From IMG/VR virus record IMGVR_UViG_3300020036_001974, positions 9,506-73,505 of that record: DNA of 64,000 bases; one strand, given 5' to 3'. The notes beneath the pieces were generated by a model. That model was not told the DNA's origin. It was given only the letters and a program-made list of their open reading frames with translations, and did not search any database. Source of the stretch: a virus. Taxonomy: Duplodnaviria; Caudoviricetes. Both the position numbers and the translations under genes were made by a program. Shown here piece by piece: positions 1-10,100 of the stretch. The stretch's first letter is position 1. Each line of letters begins with the position of its first letter.

Positions 1-26
1 TAAAGGATTCATTTTTAAATTTAACT

Positions 27-3000
27 ATGGAAAGAATCTTTAAAAATTCATTTCTACGTGGGATTAATGCTGATTTAGACAAGAGTATAACTCCTGCCGA
101 AAACTATGTTGCAGCATCTAACATAACCTTAACAGGGGATAATAAATTCCTTGCTGTTGAGAATATTGCCGGTACCTTAAAGATCGGTGAGATTCTTCCT
201 AACTTCACAGGTAAGGTCCTTGGTATGTATGCAAGCAGGTATCTGATAGATACTGTAGAAAGCGAGTGCCTTACGATCTTTGTTTTAGAGAGTTCAACCT
301 TCACCATCTATTGCTACGATCTTGACAATGACGATCTGATTACATTGTTCTCAGAAGCAATGAGTGAAACAGATCCGGTTGTAGACCTTGTGGTATACCC
401 GGAGAGTAACGTGGACATTTTATATTTCACAGACGGTGTAAATGAGTTAAGAAAGATACGTTGTGATATTACAACACCTTATACCTTAACGGCTGAGGAC
501 ATTTCATTACAACGTAGGGGAACTTTAGCTACTGTTGGACTAGATACAATCTCTTTAACAGGAGGTACCCTTTTAACAGGTTCTTACCAGTTCTCATTAA
601 GATTGTTTAATGAAAACACAAGAAGCTATACTAAGTGGACAGTTCCAACAACTCCGGTAGTAATATCAAGTGACGGTAATGGTACCTATAACCTAACCAG
701 TTCAAAGGTAATCAATATTGCAGTTAACTCTATTGCCGACTACACAACAGATAACTTTACACACTACCAGTTTGCTGTAATTGAAAACAGAACACCTGTT
801 ACACAAACAGTAGCCTCTTTACAGAAATTAGAAACATTATCAACTCCTTCTTTTACTTGGTCTTATTCAAATAACACTAAGATAGGAGATGTTGCCCTTG
901 CAGACATTGTTGTTGACTTAGCAGCTATTGCCCATGTCAAGACACTAGCTGTAAAGAATAACAGATTATTCGCTGGTAACATTGAATACTGGAATCGTAC
1001 TTACGATAGAACTCCGGCCATAGAACCCGGTGCAAACAGCACAATCTTAGCAGACACTGTAGCAGACCCAACAGATGACGAGGATATTTCAAAGTATAAA
1101 GGACACTTCAGAGATGAGGTGTATCGTTTCTATGTATCGTATTTTGATGAATATTACAACTTCTCAAGACCTTATAAATTAGACCTTACTCCTGTAACAG
1201 GGAATGAGATAGCTAATGGAGACTTCAGATTCCCAAAAGGAAGAGGTGGTTCTTATCATATCACGAATGCTTCTTCAGAGTTTCAATATCTTAATCTTAA
1301 ATTTGAGGTAAATAACCACCCATCGTGGGCTAAGGGATTTATCATATTAAGGGCAAAGCGTAAGAAAAGGATTAAGTTCCAATCCCCTGTAGTACCCATG
1401 TCAAACATAGAAGGGGGTATTGTTCAAGGTACTTACCCAGATACTCCACAGGTTCCTAATGGTTCAGGAACATATACTGATGTCACTTTAACAAGTGCTA
1501 CTCCAATGAATCCTATAGGTACTTATGTACCTAAAAACTTCCTATGGACAGAAAATCGTAACATCATAAAGTTTAAAAACCAAGCTACTGTAAGAGGGGT
1601 TGTTTATGAAAAAGGAACATGCTTTTATGAAGCTGCTTTTTCATCTCCACTACATCAGGTATTTCCATCTCAGAATATTTACGATACCTCTTCAGCAGAA
1701 ACCAATAGTTATGATATAAATGCCGGTGATTCATTAGACCCTGTTGATGTATCTTTTCTAAAAGCAAGTTATACAAATAGTACAGAAAACTCAGCAGCAT
1801 CAGATCTTCCCGGTGATACCGATGAGACTTCTTATGCAGCTACTTTATACTCTTCATTTGGAGATTACTATTATGTTTATGGAGGAAGCGAAGGTGCTTT
1901 AAATCAACCCGGGTATAGATTGATAGGAGCCAAGATGCTCGATAATTATGGGGAAGGTACTTCTTTGAATGGTAAGTCTATTGGTCAATTTTCAAATTTG
2001 GAAACAGGTGGTTTAAACTGGTTCCAAAGTGGTAATAACCAAAAATCACTAATCATTGAGACAGAGGTGCCAAGACCGGATATATCATGGGCAGCTAATT
2101 ACTATTCATGGACAACAAACACCGGAGGAAGTCCAAACAATGTAATCCCAACCACTTATTACAGTAACACAAGTAGTGTAGGAGGCTCTGATAGATTTAT
2201 AACTAATACAGAAGGTCATTTATTTGCCACTGACAAATCAGGATATGACTCTTCAAAATATGTAAGTGCTGTAGAAATAGCTAATATAGTAGACACTAAT
2301 ATAGGAGATGATAGATATGGTGATAGCGATGAGCCTCACGATCTTGTATATACAGGTGCTTCTTATCTATTTAGTGTTGCAGAGTTAGCAGATGTTGTAG
2401 CAGATGGGGATTCACCAGCGGTTGTAAATGTTAGAGGAGGAGATTGTTATGTATCAAGACATACTTTCAAAGTAACAGACAATCACTATGGATTGCAATA
2501 TGTAAGACTTCTACATACGTTGTTATCTTATTCTGGTAACGGTAGATACAGATTCAGATATGAGAGTCCATCTGGTAACAACTATACCATGCCATATGCG
2601 TATAAGAACATGTCCCAGATACTCCATGTATTTCTGGAATCAGAATACAACGGGGAATTAACAGCTACAAAACCAGTTACAGGAACACCTCCGGGCTACA
2701 CCTCTGATAATCAATTCAGGGTATGTTTTAACTATGGATATAATTTCGGATACCTAAAACAGTCCGATCAGAAAGCATTTACTCCTTATAATGCAGATGA
2801 GATTGTTAACACAACCTATCCAGCAAGGGTACTGTATAGCGACCAGAAGGTATATAACACAGACATTCAAGGGTTTGATATATTTAGAATTTCCAATACC
2901 TCAGACCTTCAGGAGACATTCAGAGGCATTACTAAGTTAACTTTAGCAGGTGACGCCATGTATGCTGTACAGGAAAGGGCCATTGCTTATCTACCAGTAG

Positions 3001-3866
3001 ACGCTGCAATTATCGAGACAGCCGATGTTAATACTCTGGCAATCAGATCAGGGACCGTAATAGACACCCCTAACTACCTGTCAAAGCAATTCGGGTCTCA
3101 ACACCTGAAGTCGGTAGTCAATCAGGATAATTCGTTTTTCTTAACAGATAATTACAACAAGGTAGTACTTAAGGTATCGGGGCAGGAGATCACCAACCTG
3201 ACAGACATAGGTACAGCTACTGAGTTTAAATCATTGTTAGCTACTACATTAGGAAACGATTCAATCTATGGATTGTATGATAACCTACGTAGACAATACC
3301 TGATATACAGACCAGATGGTACGTTCTGTTGGGTATTCGATGACCGGTTAGGTGTGTGGGTAGGAGACTACTCAGTTAGCTCATCTTATAGATTATACGA
3401 TGGAGTTTATACTAAAAACGACCTCTACGTACTCGGAAAGGATGGAACAAATATGAACCTTTACAAAATGTACAAAGGTACTCCGGGGCAACTCTTCAGT
3501 AATATAGTTACCCCTTCAGTTACATTCTCTGTAAATGATAACTTCGATGTACCTAAGACATTTGATAACTTCGTAATCTACTCCTCAGAAGCCCTTGGAA
3601 CCGCTGATATAACATCAGAAAGGGAACCGAGTATAATTGTTCAGGAAGTATTAAATCAGGATATAGAAATTGCCCGTAGAGAAGGTGCTTACAGGGTGGC
3701 CGTATTAAGAGACAATGATGGGGCCAGAATAAGAGGTACCCGGGCTACTGTTAAGTTGAAGTGGAACACTCTGGATTCATATTCAGAAGGTGCTCCTCCA
3801 TCTGTAAATAAGGTTTCTTTATCTCAGGTTATAACTAAATATAGAGAATCTCCCCGTTTTATTTAA
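27..3866 (+). CDS. Tail stabilization/muzzle protein (P22 gp10/crAss muzzle-like)
   Basis: 1279 aa beta-rich ORF with N-terminal F-x-x-G-I-N-x-D motif; sits directly before putative ejection-protein genes. Confidence 0.7.
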   Translation: MERIFKNSFLRGINADLDKSITPAENYVAASNITLTGDNKFLAVENIAGTLKIGEILPNFTGKVLGMYASRYLIDTVESECLTIFVLESSTFTIYCYDLDNDDLITLFSEAMSETDPVVDLVVYPESNVDILYFTDGVNELRKIRCDITTPYTLTAEDISLQRRGTLATVGLDTISLTGGTLLTGSYQFSLRLFNENTRSYTKWTVPTTPVVISSDGNGTYNLTSSKVINIAVNSIADYTTDNFTHYQFAVIENRTPVTQTVASLQKLETLSTPSFTWSYSNNTKIGDVALADIVVDLAAIAHVKTLAVKNNRLFAGNIEYWNRTYDRTPAIEPGANSTILADTVADPTDDEDISKYKGHFRDEVYRFYVSYFDEYYNFSRPYKLDLTPVTGNEIANGDFRFPKGRGGSYHITNASSEFQYLNLKFEVNNHPSWAKGFIILRAKRKKRIKFQSPVVPMSNIEGGIVQGTYPDTPQVPNGSGTYTDVTLTSATPMNPIGTYVPKNFLWTENRNIIKFKNQATVRGVVYEKGTCFYEAAFSSPLHQVFPSQNIYDTSSAETNSYDINAGDSLDPVDVSFLKASYTNSTENSAASDLPGDTDETSYAATLYSSFGDYYYVYGGSEGALNQPGYRLIGAKMLDNYGEGTSLNGKSIGQFSNLETGGLNWFQSGNNQKSLIIETEVPRPDISWAANYYSWTTNTGGSPNNVIPTTYYSNTSSVGGSDRFITNTEGHLFATDKSGYDSSKYVSAVEIANIVDTNIGDDRYGDSDEPHDLVYTGASYLFSVAELADVVADGDSPAVVNVRGGDCYVSRHTFKVTDNHYGLQYVRLLHTLLSYSGNGRYRFRYESPSGNNYTMPYAYKNMSQILHVFLESEYNGELTATKPVTGTPPGYTSDNQFRVCFNYGYNFGYLKQSDQKAFTPYNADEIVNTTYPARVLYSDQKVYNTDIQGFDIFRISNTSDLQETFRGITKLTLAGDAMYAVQERAIAYLPVDAAIIETADVNTLAIRSGTVIDTPNYLSKQFGSQHLKSVVNQDNSFFLTDNYNKVVLKVSGQEITNLTDIGTATEFKSLLATTLGNDSIYGLYDNLRRQYLIYRPDGTFCWVFDDRLGVWVGDYSVSSSYRLYDGVYTKNDLYVLGKDGTNMNLYKMYKGTPGQLFSNIVTPSVTFSVNDNFDVPKTFDNFVIYSSEALGTADITSEREPSIIVQEVLNQDIEIARREGAYRVAVLRDNDGARIRGTRATVKLKWNTLDSYSEGAPPSVNKVSLSQVITKYRESPRFI

Positions 3867-3884
3867 CTTTGGCACAATAATTGT

Positions 3885-4436
3885 ATGAGTTGGTTAACTA
3901 ACATTGTAAAAAACAATCCTTACTATAAAGCTGCCCCTCAGGGTACTTTTGGTACTGATGTAGCTTCCACCGCAGCCGGTGCAGCAGGTATTGTTGGTCA
4001 GGCAGCAGGCGTGGCTAATTCTGATCAGAAAGTAGGAATGGAAGACCCACAAGGTCAGAAGGACGCATATGGCCGTCCTATTTACAATTTAGGAGGTTTT
4101 TCCCAACAGGTTAATAACTTAGAACCTAAAGGAGCCTCTGGTGGACAGTTCCTTTCTGGAGCAGCATCAGGAGCTTCAGCAGGAGCACCTCTGGCAGCCG
4201 CTACAGGAGGACTTTCAATAGCAGCCGGTGCCTTGGTAGGTGGAGTAGGAAGTCTCATTGGAGGGGCTATAAAGAAGAATAAAGAGGAAAGGACTTTAGA
4301 AGAGAATAAGAAGAAGTTAACAACTTTACAAAATAATTTCAATAGTCAAAATATATCAGCCAATAACAACCTTCTTGCCCAACAAGCATACGAGGATCAG
4401 TTGAATATGTATAAATTACCAAAGACATTCCTATGA
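3885..4436 (+). CDS. Small internal virion/pilot protein
   Basis: Gly/Ala-rich hydrophobic stretch (GAPLAAATGGLSIAAGALVGGVGSLIGG) followed by a coiled coil. Confidence 0.55.
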   Translation: MSWLTNIVKNNPYYKAAPQGTFGTDVASTAAGAAGIVGQAAGVANSDQKVGMEDPQGQKDAYGRPIYNLGGFSQQVNNLEPKGASGGQFLSGAASGASAGAPLAAATGGLSIAAGALVGGVGSLIGGAIKKNKEERTLEENKKKLTTLQNNFNSQNISANNNLLAQQAYEDQLNMYKLPKTFL

Positions 4437-5446
4437 CAGGTGAAGAGTGGAAGAAGAAGAAAGAGCAAATTGAAGCTGATTTAGCTGCCGGTAAGATTAC
4501 CCCTCAGCAGGCTATGGATCAGTATGCGGCTTCTGCTAAAGATAGCCCTAAAGAGTTTGGAGACGATTTCCAGCGATTCATGGCTCGTAACCCTAGTTTA
4601 GCAGCCCCTTGGATGGCTCAACGTCAGGCTGAACTTGCTAAAGGAGAACTTAGTGGTAAATTAGCAGCCGGTCTTGAGACATTGACTAACTTAGGATTTA
4701 CAGCCGCTTCTATCAATCAGATAGTAATGGCTAATCAAGCCCAAGGTCAGTTACAGCGTCCTTCATTACCGGGTATCCCAGGTAGAGATCCTGCACTTCA
4801 ACAGGCCATGTATGAGGCTCGTCAAGGTGTAATGAATCCTAACGCTATCTTAGACCCTGCTAAACAGGAAATCCAGAATAGCTATTTAGGAGCACAGACT
4901 GCTAACCAATTAGCCTCCGGTGGACAAGCAGGTGCATTACAAGGAATGAATCAGGTTGCAAACCTACAAAGAATGCAGGCTAATTTAGGACTTGCTCCTA
5001 TTGCTCAGGAGGTAAAGATGCAGAACCAACAGAACTATAACAGTCTGTTAGGGCAACGTCTTAATGAAACCCAAAACCAATTTCAAAACCAAACATCCAA
5101 TTACGGAAACGCTTGGGATCGTTATGCTTTTGGAGCACAAGCAGCCGGGGCACTTGGACAGTCTGGTAGAACTAATTTAGCAGATTCAGCCCAACGTCTT
5201 GCCCAATCAATAGCACAGGGAGCAGCATACGCACCATCATGGATTAAATCGCCCGGGTTAGGAGAAGCAGACAATTCGCGAATTCAGAATATCTATGCAG
5301 AAGCTGCCCTTAATTCCCAACCTAATAAACCTTATTATATGAATCCTGCTACAGGAATTCAGGCTAATGAGAACTATCAATATCCAAAACCACAACCACT
5401 TCCTCTAAGACGTACTCCTTGGGGTGGATATGAAACTAATTACTAA
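4433..5446 (+). CDS. Gln/Ala-rich internal virion (ejection) protein
   Basis: 337 aa, Q/A/N-rich helical composition, ATGA-coupled to previous gene. Confidence 0.55.
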   Translation: MTGEEWKKKKEQIEADLAAGKITPQQAMDQYAASAKDSPKEFGDDFQRFMARNPSLAAPWMAQRQAELAKGELSGKLAAGLETLTNLGFTAASINQIVMANQAQGQLQRPSLPGIPGRDPALQQAMYEARQGVMNPNAILDPAKQEIQNSYLGAQTANQLASGGQAGALQGMNQVANLQRMQANLGLAPIAQEVKMQNQQNYNSLLGQRLNETQNQFQNQTSNYGNAWDRYAFGAQAAGALGQSGRTNLADSAQRLAQSIAQGAAYAPSWIKSPGLGEADNSRIQNIYAEAALNSQPNKPYYMNPATGIQANENYQYPKPQPLPLRRTPWGGYETNY

Positions 5447-5449
5447 TTT

Positions 5450-7129
5450 ATGAACGAAGGACAACTCTTAGGTAACGTATTTAGTCTTCCACAAGCTCCT
5501 CAATATGCTCAACCAGCAAGAGGAGCAGGTGTAGGTGGACAAGGATCTCCTACAATGGATGATAAATACTTTGGTATTCCTAATGCTGCTGAAGGTCTTC
5601 AATGGACTGGAAACGTAGCTGAGAATTCCCGGGATTACTATGATAAGTTGGCCGGGTTAAGAACACTTGCCCAAAGCCTGTGGTTAAACTATGGTATAGA
5701 CGTAACCCGTCCAGACTACTCAAGACCCGAGAGCATTACTGCTGCTGAAGCATTTAAAATGGAATTAGGTAACGTCCTATCAATGGCTGATAAGGCTAAG
5801 ACATCACAGTCGATGCTCGAAAAGGATTTAGCAAATAAGGATAAGGTAATTAATCAAGGTGCATTTGGTCAAGGTGAATATTATGCAGGTTATACCTCAG
5901 ATCAACAATATACAGATGTTTCCTTATCACCATTGGCTAAAGAAATAGCTAATAGTTACTCAGGTAATAGACAAACACAGGGTATAATTAATCAAGAGCA
6001 GGCTCAAATCGGAGAGAAGTTAGCAACAATGGAACAAGAAGCTGCTTATTTAGATACTACTAACCCGGCTTTAGCTGCTAATAAGCGTAAAGAGATTGCT
6101 CAAATAAAACAGATGCAGAATATGTATCTATCTCCTCCTTCAGACGGAGCAGGATATGGTCTTAATACTCCAGCCGCAAACTTAGGAGAATTGGGGAATG
6201 TTCTTGCAGGAGCTTCTTCAAACTATAAACCAGTAAATCGTGTAGTTAACGGTTATCAGGTTAAAAGAACAGATAATTCACCGTTTACAGGAATTAATAT
6301 TGGTGGTAAAGAAGTAGCAGCTACAGAAACAGCCGGTCCTGATACATGGTTTGAATTTACCGATGGCTCTAAAATGGATGTAAATGAAGATGATCTTTAC
6401 AGCTATTTAGCCGCTGCTTACAAGAAAATGGGGCAAGAGCCACAGTGGGAGGCTTTCGTTAAGAATGGTATAAAATCAGGTGCCATTGTTCAGGAAGATA
6501 CACAGGCAGGACCAGTGTTTAAGATTAAGATGGATAAAATTGTTACTCCTTCTGGATCTGAATACCTTAAAACTAGAGAACAAAAAGATCCTACTCTACA
6601 GAAGGCAATTGAAGAAGCTGATAAAGAAATTGAAACAAGTGTTACTAAGAATGTAGATTACTTGAATAAAAATTGGTTTCAAAGATTAAAACTTAAAACA
6701 ACAGGAACTGCCGGTGCTAACTTCCCTTATATCGGAACAGAAGATCCTCCTATTATAAAATATACCAGTGACAGGTTCCCGGGATATGATATTGTTATGA
6801 CTCCTAAAGGGGACAAGATTGCAATTAAAGTTGTAAATCCAAGTGATAATAAAGTATTGATGACTGACTCAAAAGGAGCACCTGTTACTGATAAAAGTAA
6901 ATCAGCATTTGTGTTTGAACATTCTGTAGATAGAAAGGATACTGGTAAAATAACAGAGCTTCTTAAGCAATACGAGGCTTATGATAAATTAGCCCTTGAT
7001 AAGAAGAATACCATAACACCTTCATCTTCTAATAAGTTTAAAGCTCCAAATGGATATTCTTATACAAGAGATGAATTAAAATCGTCAGGATGGACTGATG
7101 AAGATATTGATAATTTACCTAAAGAGTAA
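5450..7129 (+). CDS. Putative internal virion (ejection) protein
   Basis: 559 aa ORF inside the ejection-protein cluster; no catalytic motif recognised. Confidence 0.45.
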   Translation: MNEGQLLGNVFSLPQAPQYAQPARGAGVGGQGSPTMDDKYFGIPNAAEGLQWTGNVAENSRDYYDKLAGLRTLAQSLWLNYGIDVTRPDYSRPESITAAEAFKMELGNVLSMADKAKTSQSMLEKDLANKDKVINQGAFGQGEYYAGYTSDQQYTDVSLSPLAKEIANSYSGNRQTQGIINQEQAQIGEKLATMEQEAAYLDTTNPALAANKRKEIAQIKQMQNMYLSPPSDGAGYGLNTPAANLGELGNVLAGASSNYKPVNRVVNGYQVKRTDNSPFTGINIGGKEVAATETAGPDTWFEFTDGSKMDVNEDDLYSYLAAAYKKMGQEPQWEAFVKNGIKSGAIVQEDTQAGPVFKIKMDKIVTPSGSEYLKTREQKDPTLQKAIEEADKEIETSVTKNVDYLNKNWFQRLKLKTTGTAGANFPYIGTEDPPIIKYTSDRFPGYDIVMTPKGDKIAIKVVNPSDNKVLMTDSKGAPVTDKSKSAFVFEHSVDRKDTGKITELLKQYEAYDKLALDKKNTITPSSSNKFKAPNGYSYTRDELKSSGWTDEDIDNLPKE

Positions 7130-10100
7130 TGCCTCAACAAGTCATACCACCTCCACCACCTCCTCCTAAAAAAGGAGTAAATTCTACTATACCACCTCCA
7201 CCACCTGGTAAACCACTTCCACCTACTCCTCAGGAGGCTAAGATATTAGGTGAATTCAATCCTTGGGTAAAACAACGTCAGGCTGAACTTGAAGCATCTG
7301 CTCCTAAATTATATACTCAGAAAGAAGTAGACGATTATAATACTAAAATCAATCAACAGTTTCAACAGGAGCAGGAGCAGAAGTTTGCTGAAATATCTAA
7401 GAAATATACTTTACCATTACCTACTACTCAAGAACCAGCAGGGCAGCCTGCTTTAGATGAACGCTCTATATTCGGAGTACTTCCTATCATAGGAGATGCT
7501 ATCCATTACGGAGGTAAGGCTGTTGAAAGAGGGTTCTACCAAGGTCAACAGGCTGAGATCATAAATCCTTATAACACCGAAGGCTCTATTAATAGAACCG
7601 ATATTGAGGACTTATCAAGATACCAACAGGAGATAAACTCAAGACAACCATCTCCTTATTTTAAGAAAGCGACTGAAGCAGATTCCTTCTTGGGGTCTTT
7701 ATCTGCATTTGCAGAAAGGCCACTTACAACTATGGCCGAACTAATAGGTCAGTCAATGTCAGCAATGGCTACACACGGAGCTACCAGAATAGCAGGTGGT
7801 GCAGCTATTGGGGCAGGAGTTGGTCTTACAGGATTAGGAGTAGGAGCAGTACCCGGAGCAGCTACAGGAGCATTGGCCGCTGTACCAGATGTGAGTCTAA
7901 ACTTAGAGTATAGTGGTAAAATACTACAGACCTTATCGGAATCAGGTGTAGATACAACAAATCCAGAGCAAATTATACAAGCCTTCTCAGACCCTGTTAA
8001 GGTTTCTGAATTAAGGAACAATGCTTTTAAGAAGGCAGTTCCTATTGCCATATTTGATGCCCTGTCAGCCGGTATAGCAGGTAAATTCTTAAAAGGTGCC
8101 ATTACTAAAGGAGGTTCTAAATTAGCAGCCGGTGGTAAAGAGTTGGCTGTACAAATGGGGACAGGTGGTGCTGGTGAATTATCTGGAGAATTAGTTTCTG
8201 GAGAAAAGATAAGTCCCGGTGCTATCCTGAGTGAGATGGTTGGTGAGATAGGAGGAGGTGCTATTGAAACAGCAGTAGGGGCTTCTCAGGTAGATAATAT
8301 TACTGACAATGTTCTCGATCCCGTCCTCAAGGAAACTGTTGATAGTGAAGCAAATTCAGTAGTAGCTAATATAATTAACCAAACAGATGCCGTTCAAAAG
8401 CCAAGCACAGAAGGCGTGGATGTACGCCAACAAACCCCTGTTAGCGAAAAAGTTTCAGAAGTTAACACCGAAGAACCGACCGTTACCAAGGAAAGCAAAG
8501 TAGAAGATCCTCAGTTAACATCTTTAAAAGAGGAGTATAACAAAGCCACAGATGCTTTCTTTGCAGATCCAACAGATCCTGCATTGGCTGATAAAGTAAA
8601 ACAACTTCACCAGCAAATCAAAGATACTGAGATTGAAAAGAGTACTGCCAAGGAACCGTTCCAAGATCAGATAAAAATCCTTAACGATAAGAACGGAGTT
8701 GTAGATGATGAGTTTACAAACGCTGCTCGTATTGTTATTGATAGTATCCAAAATGAGGACCAGAGGCAAAATGCCGTTAAGCTATTCAATATAGCAATTC
8801 GTACTCAGAATAAGAATGACGTAAGTAACTTTGTAAAGGCATTAGAGGAATCTAAGGGTCTTAAAACAACTACTATCCGTGAAACAACTCTTACTAAGAA
8901 ACTGAGAGATGCTTGGAGACAGGGTATTACATTGGGTAGAAAGGATGAGAAGGCAGCCCGGGTTGGACTTATAACTAACATTAAAGAGTTACTTAAAGAA
9001 GCCGATCTTCCTAAGAGAACCTACAAGGCGATTATCAATAAGATAGGAAGTGTCAACCTTAAGAACGAAGAAAGTATTCGTAAGGTTCAGGACTATGTTG
9101 AGAAAGTTGTAGGAGATGCTAAGGTAGCAGAGCAGTTTGATGTTATTGAAAATCTTCAGGAGTCAGTACGGAAGTTTATTGGAAAGCTACCAAATAGCCA
9201 GAAAAAGTACGTTCGTCAGTTAGTTAATGCAGATCCTGTCAAGATTAAAGACTTACCTGCTTATATCAAACTCATGACAGATATTTCCAGAAACATATCT
9301 GGTGTAAAGGCCGATAAGGTTAAGGTAACAGAGGATAACTTTGAGGATCTGAAGGCACAATACCCTGAATTAGAGCAATCTGATATAGGGCATAGTGTTG
9401 TTGTAGATGTAGCGGAACCCGGACCGGCTGTAGAAGAAGGTCGTATTAAAGAGGGTTATAAGACAGTAACCAAGGATACAGAAGACTATAAATCCCAACA
9501 GAATATTGATTACCTTGAATCTGAGGACTTTGGTGATTTAGATCAGGAGATAAGAGATGTTATTAACGATAAGAAATCATTAACAGAAGTTAAAGAGTCA
9601 AATCGTAAAAAGATAATAGACGCTGTTATAGAGATGATCTCTAACCGGATCAACAAAGCAACTCCTCCTAAAGGCGAAACACAAAGCAGAACATATAACG
9701 ATATTAAGAATAATCTTAAGAATCTTGATAAGTTACCAATAGATGAACTTAAAACTTTACTAAGAGGAGTAGACCAAGGGTTGGTTAATGGTATTTGGGT
9801 AGATGCGTTTGGACCTTCTACTCATTTAGCAGCCATAGACGCTTTGAGTAAAATCCCAAAAATGGATATTACAAAAGGTCGTGGTAAATGGAAGTACACC
9901 TATATGAACTCTGCCTTATTCTTAGAGGATATTTACAATTCCTTTAAAGATAAGATTGCCAAATTTCGTGCAAACTCTGGGTGGGGTAGTTTTGTGGTTG
10001 GTAAAGCCAAGTCCCTGTTCAGTAACAACAAGTATTCTAAAGAAGTTAACGATATTCTTAAGAAGATTGAGAAGAAGTATAACCTCTCAAGAGGTAATAT

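Noticed and set aside
3870-3884. TGGCAC-AATAA-TTGT sigma54-like site before ORF 3885
   Set aside because: The predicted start site would fall downstream of the ATG at 3885, so it is not counted as a promoter.
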